DNA of 64,000 nt, from positions 99,860 through 163,859 of IMG/VR virus record IMGVR_UViG_3300042090_002370; one strand, 5' to 3'. The notes under the pieces were generated by a model. The model made no database searches, was not told where the DNA came from, and saw only the letters and a program-made list of their open reading frames with translations. The translations under genes and the position numbers were made by a program. This DNA comes from a virus. Of the stretch, positions 28,250 through 37,266 are shown piece after piece (position 1 is the first letter of the stretch; every line of letters begins with the position of its first letter).

Positions 28250-28956
28250 ACATCACCACGATGCAGATGAGCCCGACCGTCGCTCGGGCGCTTTACAAGG
28301 ACTATCGTAAGAAGGTGCGCGAGCACCGCGCCGAGCGCCTCAAGAAGGCCAACGAGAACGTCGTCGAGGGCGGCAAGATCTTCCGTGCTGGGCGTATCGC
28401 GAAGAGCCTCATCGAAAAGGAAGACGAGACGCTCATGGAGTCATACCATGCGATGGCGCAGGGTATGCGTCTCATCAACGTTTCATCAGTGCTGCATGAA
28501 GCCGGTCTGGATAAGGTAAAGCAGCTGCCAGTCCTCGCTCTTGCTGGTGCGCACTGGAAGCACTGTCATCTTACTTGGTACGCGTACTACAATACATTCC
28601 AGTTCTCTCCTGAGAGTTGGGGTGCGACCACCAGACACCGCGATCGTGAGCTAACTGACGGGTGCTCGGAGTATCCGCTGCGCATATTCACAGCAAACCT
28701 TCAGAATCAAGAGTGGCGCAAGTCGCATGATCTTCCACAACTACCAGTAAAAGCCGTCGTGCCCAGCATCCCAGCGCATCTACGTCCTGCAGGTGACCTT
28801 TATGGGTATCACATTCTCTTCGAGGCGGTTTGGGAACACGCGCCGCCGGTCGACCCCATTCTTCTGAAGCATGTGCACGGGCACATGTACGCCGTGCTCG
28901 CGCAGTGGAATCTCACGGATGTAGAGCGGTCGGTACTGGAAGGGAGGATTAGCTGA
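28246..28956 (+). CDS. Hypothetical phage protein
   Basis: ATGA-coupled; VPSIPAHLRP..YHILFE..W..DPILLK..QWNLT. Confidence 0.7.
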   Translation: MNITTMQMSPTVARALYKDYRKKVREHRAERLKKANENVVEGGKIFRAGRIAKSLIEKEDETLMESYHAMAQGMRLINVSSVLHEAGLDKVKQLPVLALAGAHWKHCHLTWYAYYNTFQFSPESWGATTRHRDRELTDGCSEYPLRIFTANLQNQEWRKSHDLPQLPVKAVVPSIPAHLRPAGDLYGYHILFEAVWEHAPPVDPILLKHVHGHMYAVLAQWNLTDVERSVLEGRIS

Positions 28957-29339
28957 TGTTTGACAAGGTCAGAGATGACGGCGGCGAGAAGAAGGCGTCC
29001 ATAACTGGCGGCCTGCGCGAGGTGTCCGTAAGCAAGGGGCGCTTCGACCTTGTTCCTTCATACCCAATCCAGCGCCTTGCGAAGCATTACGAGAACGGTG
29101 CGGTGAAGTACGGCGACCGCAACTGGGAGAAAGGATTGGAGCTCGGTCGCTTCATCGATTCCGCCGAGCGGCACATGAACCAGTTCAAGGACGGCGACCG
29201 CACCGAGGACCACCTCGCGGCCATCCTCTGGAACATCTGCGGAGTCATTTGGACAGAAAGAGAGATTGCACTAGGCCGTCTGCCCAAAGAGCTGTACAAC
29301 GTACCTTGGCCGCCGTCGACTGCCGTGCCAAGCAAGTAG
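28956..29339 (+). CDS. dATP/dGTP diphosphohydrolase-like (DUF5664-type) protein
   Basis: KGRFDLVP..GAVKYGDRNWEKG..SAERH..EDHLAA. Confidence 0.75.
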   Translation: MFDKVRDDGGEKKASITGGLREVSVSKGRFDLVPSYPIQRLAKHYENGAVKYGDRNWEKGLELGRFIDSAERHMNQFKDGDRTEDHLAAILWNICGVIWTEREIALGRLPKELYNVPWPPSTAVPSK

Positions 29340-29351
29340 TACAATCACGAC

Positions 29352-29765
29352 ATGGCCACCTTCACGCTGACTACCGAAGAGTACGAAGCCCTCATCGCAT
29401 TGGCACGTAGAGGTACGTGCAGCCGTAACCCAGTAGTACAGCAGCAGCAGGCTGTGCAGCTCGACTCCTTCCTACGTCAGATCGAGAGGGAGAACGGCAT
29501 CACGCGTTACGGCCTAAATATACAATGGCAAGACCCTACGGCACCGCTGCCGCCAGGCACGAACTTCCCCGAGACCTGGCCGCCCAACCTCCGTTACTAC
29601 CTCGAGTTCATCTCGAGGCCCATCACGCAGGCTGACGTGATGGCGGTGGTCAATGCGCGTACGCCCAACGCCCAGAACATCCTCGTAACACGCGACCCAG
29701 CAGCCCTTCTCGGCTGGACTCCCATCTTGCAATTCTTCGTCGGTCCGGATACAGGAAACGCATGA
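29352..29765 (+). CDS. Hypothetical Lys-free protein, possibly virion-associated
   Basis: No Lys in 137 aa; TACAAT 6 nt before ATG. Confidence 0.65.
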   Translation: MATFTLTTEEYEALIALARRGTCSRNPVVQQQQAVQLDSFLRQIERENGITRYGLNIQWQDPTAPLPPGTNFPETWPPNLRYYLEFISRPITQADVMAVVNARTPNAQNILVTRDPAALLGWTPILQFFVGPDTGNA

Positions 29766-29989
29766 CTCTCACTGCAGGTAGGTTGCTCGAGATCTACAAG
29801 AAGCTCGAGTGGGCTCTCGAGGATCTGCCTGCAGAAGAAGAGTACCTGCGCGAGGCCATCGAGGAGGAGCGACGTAACATGGAGCTCCTCATCGACAAGG
29901 TTGCAGTAGAAGAGGCCTTGATTCGTGACCGCGATGTACTACTCTCAGACCCTTCGATGGGTCTTGGAGAGCATCTGGATGGTTCTTGA
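29762..29989 (+). CDS. Small acidic helical protein
   Basis: ATGA-coupled. Confidence 0.55.
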   Translation: MTLTAGRLLEIYKKLEWALEDLPAEEEYLREAIEEERRNMELLIDKVAVEEALIRDRDVLLSDPSMGLGEHLDGS

Positions 29990-30212
29990 AGGCAACACGA
30001 CGGTCACGGTGAAGACGAAACAGGGAAGCGAATACAGCTTCCCTGACGTCCCTCGTGCCACCCTCCAGACTATGATCAACCAGAGCGGCTGGAACGTGGC
30101 GGGTTCTGTGCTTATCGTGAACGTGAGCGGCGCGGTGCTCTCCATGCCTGCCCGCATTGTCGACACGCTCAGCTACGACGGCGAAGTAAAATGGACGGGC
30201 TCCCCTGCCTGA
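29979..30212 (+). CDS. Hypothetical protein
   Basis: ATG after GGAGAG. Confidence 0.55.
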   Translation: MVLEGNTTVTVKTKQGSEYSFPDVPRATLQTMINQSGWNVAGSVLIVNVSGAVLSMPARIVDTLSYDGEVKWTGSPA

Positions 30213-30523
30213 ACTGCCAGAAGCAGGTCGAGGCGACTGCCGCGAAGATCTTCGCCGGCTGTTACGTCTGCCCGACCTGCTTCGAGATTGCTGCCAGGAT
30301 AGAGGCGCGTCTCGAAGGTGAGCTCAAGCGCATGCTTGTCATGCTGCGCGAATCGATTCGGATTTCTATTGTCGAGCGCCGTTTGGTACTGGGACCAAAC
30401 GATGCGGCATCACCGGACTTGTCCAAGAAGGAGGTACTCGAAGCAATCATTCAACTGCAGAACGCACGTGGGAATGCCGCCCCGCCAGCACAACCTGACA
30501 GACCGAAAGAGGAAACATCATGA
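30191..30523 (+). CDS. Zn-finger hypothetical protein
   Basis: CLNC...CPTC. Confidence 0.6.
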   Translation: MDGLPCLNCQKQVEATAAKIFAGCYVCPTCFEIAARIEARLEGELKRMLVMLRESIRISIVERRLVLGPNDAASPDLSKKEVLEAIIQLQNARGNAAPPAQPDRPKEETS

Positions 30524-31107
30524 ACGTTCAAGCACTCGCAGCGTACTTCCTTGCAGCAATGCTTTCTTGGTACCCGCTCAAGAATCATGACTTCGTGAAG
30601 CCTCATCAGCCTGCTGCGCTGACCGAGGCACAGACACTCGAGCGCTACCAGTCCATCGCGACGGACCTTGCTACGGTCGTTATGGCCGATGCGCCGCTTC
30701 CACTCGACCCACAGAACAAGCATCCCGAGTTCGGATCCCGTCCGCAGACGGGAATGATTGTTCTATCCTTCGCTGGCTTTGAGAGCGGCGGCTTTGCTGA
30801 GGATGTCGACAATATGACAAAGCTCGGTGATGGGGGTCAGGCTATCTGCCTGATGCAAGTCCACTCGCCCTTCAAGGAGCACGTCAAGGATCGCGTATCA
30901 TGCTTTCGTGAGGGCCTTAGCGTGATGCGCTCATCGTGGAATATGTGCACGCGAGCTGACTCCGTAGCCGACCATCTCACGGGCTATACCGTGGGGCACT
31001 GCATGCACAAGGAGCACGGAGCGGAGTTGCGCGTAGGCCGTGGCGTGAAATACTGGAACGCTACGCCTTTCATTGCAATCCCTGAGAGCGCCGTTACAGT
31101 AGACTGA
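30520..31107 (+). CDS. Signal-peptide-bearing lysozyme/lytic transglycosylase-like protein
   Basis: Hydrophobic N-terminus; FAGFESGGF (candidate catalytic Glu) and GDGGQAICLMQV. Confidence 0.55.
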   Translation: MNVQALAAYFLAAMLSWYPLKNHDFVKPHQPAALTEAQTLERYQSIATDLATVVMADAPLPLDPQNKHPEFGSRPQTGMIVLSFAGFESGGFAEDVDNMTKLGDGGQAICLMQVHSPFKEHVKDRVSCFREGLSVMRSSWNMCTRADSVADHLTGYTVGHCMHKEHGAELRVGRGVKYWNATPFIAIPESAVTVD

Positions 31108-31111
31108 CCGC

Positions 31112-31366
31112 ATGCCGAAGCTGGTCAATAATCTCTTCTTCAAGTACCAGCTGGCCTGCACATTCCCTGGATGTGGCGGGGTCCTTCATATCGAGCAGGC
31201 GCCAAGCGCCGGTTGGAAGAGGGGCTCCGCCATCCCGCACGACCCTGGTTATCCAGACGTAGGGAGGTGTCCTCGATGCAAGCGCTATCAGATGAAGGTC
31301 ATGAACGAGCCGACGCCCCCACCCCCTGTGGAGCCGATCGGTTGGTCGAAGATACCTACAAAGTAG
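31112..31366 (+). CDS. Zn-ribbon protein
   Basis: CTFPGC...CPRC. Confidence 0.6.
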   Translation: MPKLVNNLFFKYQLACTFPGCGGVLHIEQAPSAGWKRGSAIPHDPGYPDVGRCPRCKRYQMKVMNEPTPPPPVEPIGWSKIPTK

Positions 31367-31758
31367 AGCTCTACGGTGGAGGATGGTCGGGGGTTATCGG
31401 GTACGCGCGCGCGTTCGAGTTCAGGACACAGCGCTTTGTACGAAAGGAGTTGGACGTCATCTGCTGGGAAAGCGTGGAGATTCCCGAGTTCTTCATCGGC
31501 CACGCCCAAGCTATCCTCGTGGCGCAGGGTATGCCGCTGAAGGAACTCTTTCCGTTCAACAGCTTCCTGAAGGTCCACGCGAAAGAGGGGGACCTGACCT
31601 TTTCGCACGGCCCGTACATCTTCCTTAAGGGTAGGCTAGCTAAGCCCAACGACCCGCCGCCGCGACTGAAGGATGTGCTAATTGCGCACGTCATCTCGGC
31701 GCCTGATGGGATGTCGATGGAACGGCTGCAAGCGTTACTTCTCGAGCAAGTACTTTGA
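31342..31758 (+). CDS. Hypothetical protein (start uncertain)
   Basis: TTG after GGAG; ends before a terminator. Confidence 0.5.
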   Translation: MVEDTYKVELYGGGWSGVIGYARAFEFRTQRFVRKELDVICWESVEIPEFFIGHAQAILVAQGMPLKELFPFNSFLKVHAKEGDLTFSHGPYIFLKGRLAKPNDPPPRLKDVLIAHVISAPDGMSMERLQALLLEQVL

Positions 31759-31763
31759 CCTGA

Positions 31764-31803
31764 GGCGCCGGTTACTATTGACCCGGCGCTTTTTTCTAGC
31801 TAC
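31764..31803 (+). terminator. Terminator plus TAGCTAC
   Basis: GGCGCCGG/CCGGCGCT stem, T6, TAGCTAC at 31797-31803. Confidence 0.75.
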
Positions 31804-31841
31804 GCATTGATGTGTACATTGTCAGTACGCAGAAGGAGTCC

Positions 31842-33143
31842 ATGAAGCGCAACCCTGAAATGCAGGCTACTGGTCCGGTATTTCCGGCCATGCCGACGGA
31901 GCCTGTCCATAAGGACATCAACGCGCCAACCAGCTTTGGCGCTCCTCGGCAAAGTATGACAGGGCCCATCGTGGCGCCTGGCATTACTGACCCTCGGGCT
32001 TTGGCCTATGCTGCGGCAGCCGGTAAGCGGCAGCCTACAGGTCGCTACGCTACCCCGGTTGCTGGCGGACCGCCTCCCTCTATCCCTAGGCTCGATCAGC
32101 CTGCGGTCAAGGGGATGAGTATGGCCGACCAGGCGGCGATGCAGCGCGCAGATGAGATGCCGCAGCAGGCCCCTCAGCCCAAAGGTGGGCTCTTCCAAGG
32201 ACCGCCCATGCCACGGGTAATGCCCACTCCTCAACAGCAGCGTCCACCGACGAATCCTATCTTGCCGGCGGACGTACTACCCGATGAGGCTATCAAGGAC
32301 CCGGCCTTCAAGGATGGGATGGGAGCTCGGTACGCGTCCTCGAACCCAGCCCTCGCTATGAAGTACGGCGTCATCCGCGGGGGCAAGCGAATACCTCCGC
32401 AACAGCTGGGCGCACGCCCCGGTGGGCTGAAGCCCGAGACCATCACCGATCTTGAGACCATAGCGGCCGCGCAGCAAGTGAGGGAACAGGCCGAGTCCAA
32501 AGATGGCTCCACGGAGAAGGCAGCTGCAGAGAGTGCAGCAGGCGCAGCAGGTCGGCTAGGTAACACTCCATCTGACGGGCCACAGACCAGGCCCACGTTG
32601 ACGGAGGAGGAGCGCACAGAAGCCGTCAAGCGGCTCAAGAGGCTGGACGACTTCGACTACAACACCCTCCGCGAGATGATGATGAAGGACATCATCAACA
32701 ACGAGGACCAGCAGAAGATCATCGAAGCACGCTGCAAACCGCTCGACCTCACGGACATCATCGTGAAGGGCTTCGTCACGCAGCGCGTTCCTATCATACC
32801 GGATAGATTCGAGCCGGAGTATCAGTCGATGCGTGGCGATGAGGACCTCGCCATCAAACGGATGATCATGCTCGAGAGCAGGGGTATCGAGGTGACGGAA
32901 CGTTACCTGCTCGATAAGTTCTCTCTCATGGGACTCACCATTGGTCTGCGTAGCATCAATGGGCAGGTGTTCCCAACGCACCTCGACAACGATGACAACT
33001 TCGACGAGGAGCTCTTCCTGAAGAAGTTCGAGCGTGTGATTCGGCTCCCCTTTCACATGCTCGCCAGCATCGGTGTGAACTACTACTGGTTCGACATCCG
33101 CGTTCGTAAACTCTTCGTGGCAGACACACTGGGAAATGGCTAG
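31842..33143 (+). CDS. Putative tail assembly chaperone (gpG-like) with long Pro/Gln/Ala-rich N-terminus
   Basis: ATG after AAGGAG; ends CTG GGA AAT GGC TAG over a G GGA AAT slippery site. Confidence 0.6.
   Translation: MKRNPEMQATGPVFPAMPTEPVHKDINAPTSFGAPRQSMTGPIVAPGITDPRALAYAAAAGKRQPTGRYATPVAGGPPPSIPRLDQPAVKGMSMADQAAMQRADEMPQQAPQPKGGLFQGPPMPRVMPTPQQQRPPTNPILPADVLPDEAIKDPAFKDGMGARYASSNPALAMKYGVIRGGKRIPPQQLGARPGGLKPETITDLETIAAAQQVREQAESKDGSTEKAAAESAAGAAGRLGNTPSDGPQTRPTLTEEERTEAVKRLKRLDDFDYNTLREMMMKDIINNEDQQKIIEARCKPLDLTDIIVKGFVTQRVPIIPDRFEPEYQSMRGDEDLAIKRMIMLESRGIEVTERYLLDKFSLMGLTIGLRSINGQVFPTHLDNDDNFDEELFLKKFERVIRLPFHMLASIGVNYYWFDIRVRKLFVADTLGNG
33131..33137 (+). other. -1 frameshift heptamer G GGA AAT
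   Basis: X XXY YYZ just before the stop; the -1 frame reads GKWLETPEGWARASLLF into 33173-33592. Confidence 0.75.
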
Positions 33144-33172
33144 AGACCCCCGAGGGCTGGGCGCGAGCTTCT

Positions 33173-33592
33173 TTGCTGTTCGCGTCGCTGCGAGAGCCAC
33201 CCGCAAGAGGGTCGCCTCGGGAGTCTATCCTCATGCTCTACGTGCTCAAGAAGGAACAGATCGAGCACGCCAGGCTTCGAGCGCTCGCGCAGGCAATCAT
33301 CGCAAAGGAAAAGGGCAAGGAAGTCTTCGACGACTACATGAAGGTCGCCTTCCCCTGGCACGAGACGCAGAAGAAACGAAACGACAGCACACACATCCAG
33401 ATCCTCAGAGACGAGGTGCGGAAGGGCACGCTGTCCATCAAGCCTATGTGGGAGGCCAAGGACAAGATGCGTAGTCGACTCAAGACCAAAGTTGTGGAGC
33501 GCGCTATGGGAGAGCGGCCTGAAGGCAAGACCAAATCCCCTGCGGAGTTGGAGAAGATCTACAGCAAGCTCGGAAAGGTGGTGCCTGTCTAG
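33173..33592 (+). CDS. Frameshift extension (gpT-like) of the chaperone
   Basis: No RBS before TTG; frame open back to the slippery site. Confidence 0.65.
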   Translation: MLFASLREPPARGSPRESILMLYVLKKEQIEHARLRALAQAIIAKEKGKEVFDDYMKVAFPWHETQKKRNDSTHIQILRDEVRKGTLSIKPMWEAKDKMRSRLKTKVVERAMGERPEGKTKSPAELEKIYSKLGKVVPV

Positions 33593-34018
33593 ATGGAACC
33601 AGCTAACGGGAACGCACTTGGTTACTTTTGTCCCACCTGCGGGGCTGCCGACGTTACGGCGTCGACCCTCGCTGGTGGGGCTGCGAAGTGCAATATCTGC
33701 ACATGGACCGGGCAGGTGGAGGAGCTCGCCACCTTCCGGTTCACGCACGACATGGGCTCGCCCGAGGAGGTCTTCAAGGCGTTCTTCCTGGATATGAGGA
33801 AGGTACTAACGCGTGACTTCGCTCAGGCAGTAGGTCAGCTGCTCATAAAGTGGGGCTTCATGGAGGTACCGACCAAGAAGAACCACGCCGAGATCGTGCG
33901 TACGCTTTCGCGGTACATGGGTTCGGTCTCACAGGCCGTCTGTAAGGCCATCGTCGCCGAGCGGCAGAAGATCGAAAGGGAGAAGCATGGCGAACCACCA
34001 ACAGACCACGCCGCCTAA
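33593..34018 (+). CDS. Zn-ribbon hypothetical protein
   Basis: CPTC...CNIC. Confidence 0.65.
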   Translation: MEPANGNALGYFCPTCGAADVTASTLAGGAAKCNICTWTGQVEELATFRFTHDMGSPEEVFKAFFLDMRKVLTRDFAQAVGQLLIKWGFMEVPTKKNHAEIVRTLSRYMGSVSQAVCKAIVAERQKIEREKHGEPPTDHAA

Positions 34019-34268
34019 CGCATTGAACTGCTTCCAGGATCGGGCACGTGTGTGCGGACCGGACTGTATGGCATTCATCACGCCGCCTCCGACAGAGGAC
34101 TATCGAGGGCAGCAGTGGGCGCAGTGCCTGCTGCTTGTGAATTCACATCGAACAGGCAAGCACCTCGTTGTGTTAGCCGACTCTGTCGGCCGTCATTTAC
34201 AGAAAACCAGTCAGGCCCTGGCGGATCAGGCGCGTGCGCATCAACCTACGCCACCGGTAGTTAGGTAA
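33987..34268 (+). CDS. Small Cys-containing protein
   Basis: C..RVCGPDCMAF..C. Confidence 0.6.
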   Translation: MANHQQTTPPNALNCFQDRARVCGPDCMAFITPPPTEDYRGQQWAQCLLLVNSHRTGKHLVVLADSVGRHLQKTSQALADQARAHQPTPPVVR

Positions 34269-34270
34269 CG

Positions 34271-34837
34271 ATGGAACTCGCTTGCAGCATTACGGGTGTA
34301 AGCCAAGACATGATTTTCGAGGAGAACGTCACAGTAACGTTCCTCCTCATACGTCTGCCCGACGGCAAGCAGATCAGGGCTGCCATCGACGATGCTGCGG
34401 CCGCGGCCGTGGTGGGCCTGTCCGTCGTCCAAAACGGTCAGCCGCGTTCCGCTGTGCGTCCGTCGTCTGCGGAGTCCGTGCCCGAGTACCGCCCGGCGGC
34501 AGAGCCTGAACCGGCGGGGTTCGTCGAGCCACCACTACGGAATGTAAAAGCGCAGCCACTACCGACGGCAGAGGACGAGCCCGCCCCACGTATCTTTGGC
34601 GGCCAAGATGGTGGTGACGACGCCGATCCGGGATACGTCAGTGACGACGAGCCGGTGCCGGCGCAGCCCGCAGCACGTTCGAATATGCAGCGGACCAGGG
34701 GCGGCAAGATTGTAGTCCCATCACGCACAGTGCCGATGTCGAACTTTGGCTATCCCGTCGTTCAGTCGAACGGCGTCGCACCGGAGAGCATCACCTCGAA
34801 TAGCAACACGAATGACGATGGCGTGGGGTCCATATGA
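34271..34837 (+). CDS. Hypothetical protein
   Basis: Ends DDGVGSI; coupled to the next gene. Confidence 0.65.
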   Translation: MELACSITGVSQDMIFEENVTVTFLLIRLPDGKQIRAAIDDAAAAAVVGLSVVQNGQPRSAVRPSSAESVPEYRPAAEPEPAGFVEPPLRNVKAQPLPTAEDEPAPRIFGGQDGGDDADPGYVSDDEPVPAQPAARSNMQRTRGGKIVVPSRTVPMSNFGYPVVQSNGVAPESITSNSNTNDDGVGSI

Positions 34838-35331
34838 TCATCGTTGCTTGCATGCCTTGCGGTCTAGCCATTCGTGTTCTGCCGGTGCGCGTGGACTCGA
34901 GATCCGTCCAGGAAACCAATCAAATGGTAGGCAAGGACAGTGACTTCTGGCCGGATCGATTTCCTTGTCCGCGATGCGACAAGATGATGACCGGGATGCC
35001 CGAAACTAGAGCTGACCCTAAAGCGTTAGGGCTTATGGAGCTACGTGACCTCACCCCCCATGAGGCCTTCGCGGCCTTCAACGGTTTTGGCCTGCCCGAG
35101 GAACAGGACTGTGCTCTGGAGTCCGTGCAGAAACTACTTGCTGAACAGCCCGTGCGCAAGGTTGTGGGAACAAGCATTACTGGGATGCGGCGCACCATTA
35201 TCGATAGTCTCGAGCTCTGGGATGGGACGCGGGTGTACTTCGGCGCCGGCGCGGAGGGCGCGTGTATCTACCGCATCGTGCGCCCCACAATGTACGCCGA
35301 GAAGGTTATAGCAGAAGGGACAAATCGATGA
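34834..35331 (+). CDS. Zn-ribbon hypothetical protein
   Basis: CMPC...CPRC. Confidence 0.65.
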   Translation: MIIVACMPCGLAIRVLPVRVDSRSVQETNQMVGKDSDFWPDRFPCPRCDKMMTGMPETRADPKALGLMELRDLTPHEAFAAFNGFGLPEEQDCALESVQKLLAEQPVRKVVGTSITGMRRTIIDSLELWDGTRVYFGAGAEGACIYRIVRPTMYAEKVIAEGTNR

Positions 35332-36077
35332 GCGTAGAAGTCGCGCTGGAGTACAAGCGGGCGTCGTCGGCTGTTGGTGTCACCACATCGACTGGACACA
35401 TCCTCAGTGCCGACGGCGGGCTCATCACTGAGGAGGGTGAGTTCGAGTTCCTCTCCTTCAAGGAAATGATCGCCAAGCTGCATGACACCCTCAAGAACTG
35501 GCCAGATGAGGAGCCCATCGATGTCATCATCAGGCGCACCGACCGCGATGGGTTACAGCCGCATAGGCTAGACCCCGCGACGGTGAATCTCATCCGAACC
35601 AATCCGCTCGCTGCTGTGCAGGCGATGTCGGTACCAGACAGGAGCCCATCGGGGGAGGTGCGTAAGGTGCACGAGGCCACTGTACCTATCGTCATGCCAC
35701 CTCTGAGGGTGGGTGATGATGTCTTGGCTGACGCATTCGGTGACCAGCTCTACTTCAGGGTACGTGGATACGAGCTCGAGTGCCCATGCTGTGGCTTCTG
35801 GGGTGCGTTCACCACGCCTGGTTTGCTAAACGACCCTGATCGTGCGGGCGCTTCCTTCAAGTCTGTCTTTCGGTGCGGCAAACGCTGCCTGTGTCGTATA
35901 CAGGTTACGTGCAATACAGTGTGGGGGTACGTCTCGACAGAGCACCTGCTCAAAGAGACGTTGACCAGTACGTTCTTCTTCCCGCGTGCCTGGAACGGAG
36001 GCAGGCCGTGGGTTACACGTGACGCCCTCCGGCAGATGTACGAAAAGTACAAGAGAGAAAAGGAGCAAGCACTATGA
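35328..36077 (+). CDS. Zn-binding hypothetical protein
   Basis: ATGA-coupled; CPCC...CGKRC. Confidence 0.65.
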   Translation: MSVEVALEYKRASSAVGVTTSTGHILSADGGLITEEGEFEFLSFKEMIAKLHDTLKNWPDEEPIDVIIRRTDRDGLQPHRLDPATVNLIRTNPLAAVQAMSVPDRSPSGEVRKVHEATVPIVMPPLRVGDDVLADAFGDQLYFRVRGYELECPCCGFWGAFTTPGLLNDPDRAGASFKSVFRCGKRCLCRIQVTCNTVWGYVSTEHLLKETLTSTFFFPRAWNGGRPWVTRDALRQMYEKYKREKEQAL

Positions 36078-36442
36078 TGGGAAACCCGATGAACAACCGT
36101 CCGACTGGAGTCATGGTCCCGCAGGACCAGCTCTCCACCGGCAGCGGTTCACCCAGAACCGTCACTCGTTTCTGTACGGTGGATGTACTGGCCGTTAGTT
36201 GGGTAGACGACGGCGGCAAGGAGCACACCGAGATTGTCCACCGGATCGGTGGCGTCTGGCATCGTGCCCCCAATGGGGAGAACTACGCCGCTACGCTGAA
36301 GTCGCTCGCGCAAGGTAGCTGGCTGTCTGAGCTCTTCGAGCGGCGCTTCCGTGAGGAGCAGTCGCGGCGCCTCTCCGCGCCGACCACGCCTTCTGTCTCA
36401 GACAAGGACGCGGTCGATCCGATGGACGGAGGTGATGCATGA
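36074..36442 (+). CDS. Hypothetical protein
   Basis: RBS AAGGAG; ATGA-coupled. Confidence 0.65.
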   Translation: MMGNPMNNRPTGVMVPQDQLSTGSGSPRTVTRFCTVDVLAVSWVDDGGKEHTEIVHRIGGVWHRAPNGENYAATLKSLAQGSWLSELFERRFREEQSRRLSAPTTPSVSDKDAVDPMDGGDA

Positions 36443-36765
36443 CCGTCCGCCCCCTCCACGACTGGCTCATCATCGAGCTCGACAAAGTGCCCGAGCAGTC
36501 CAATACGGGCATTATCTTGGTCGCCGCCAGCGAACAGGAGCGGTTGCGCTCAGGCATCATCAAGCGGGCAGGCCCAGGATGCTGGATGCCGGTGGAGGAT
36601 GGGCCGGACATCCGGGTGCCTAACGACTGCGTCGCAGGCGACCACGTTTACTTCTTCCGCGAGAACTTCGAGACCCAGCAGGGTAAGCAAGTTTCGAGGA
36701 TCGTCTCCGAAGTCGAGCCGGGGATGGTCATGGTACGAGCGCGCGACCTCTTGTGGGTCGACTAG
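36439..36765 (+). CDS. groES: Co-chaperonin GroES-like
   Basis: VRPLHDWLII..TGIILV..G.I..AGPG..VAGDHVYF..VRARDLL. Confidence 0.85.
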   Translation: MTVRPLHDWLIIELDKVPEQSNTGIILVAASEQERLRSGIIKRAGPGCWMPVEDGPDIRVPNDCVAGDHVYFFRENFETQQGKQVSRIVSEVEPGMVMVRARDLLWVD

Positions 36766-36774
36766 GAGTACGTC

Positions 36775-37266
36775 ATGGACGAGAAGACACAGAAGGAATT
36801 AGAAATGATGCTCGCGGAAGAGCGCGAGAAGCTGGTGAAGCAACAGAGTCTGGTCTCGTGGCTGCGCGTCTGGTTCTGGTTGGTTCTCGTGGAGAAGAAG
36901 CGGGCAGTTGCTGAAACCGCTCACCGCGGCTACAACATGAAGCGGACGTGGAGAGCACGTCTGTATGCATGGCTCTCCCGTCCGTTCCGTGCCTGGGCGG
37001 TCTACAAGTACGCCACGTTAGACAGGCGGGCGAAGGAGAAGGCTGAGGATGCCTGGCTCGCCAAGACCGTCGACATCCTACAGGGAGGCCCAGTCTACCG
37101 TAGACATGGTGGCAGGGCTGTGGTCATGAGCAAGGCGGTATGTGGCAGGGCTGCGGTCATGAGCAAGGCGGTATTTGGTAGGGGGCGCATGCCACCTGGC
37201 TCGGCAGAGGTAGACGACGAAACCGCCAACCACCCCTTCGTGAAGTTCATTCTGGGGCAGCGATGA
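36775..37266 (+). CDS. Hypothetical protein with an 11-aa tandem duplication
   Basis: RBS AGGAG. Confidence 0.6.
   Translation: MDEKTQKELEMMLAEEREKLVKQQSLVSWLRVWFWLVLVEKKRAVAETAHRGYNMKRTWRARLYAWLSRPFRAWAVYKYATLDRRAKEKAEDAWLAKTVDILQGGPVYRRHGGRAVVMSKAVCGRAAVMSKAVFGRGRMPPGSAEVDDETANHPFVKFILGQR
37111..37176 (+). repeat. 33-bp tandem duplication
   Basis: GGCAGGGCTGYGGTCATGAGCAAGGCGGTATKT x2, 2 mismatches. Confidence 0.9.

Noticed and set aside
27211-29339. Z-genome (2-aminoadenine) pathway
   Set aside because: No purZ or HD-family dATPase in the window; these enzyme families are common in unmodified phages
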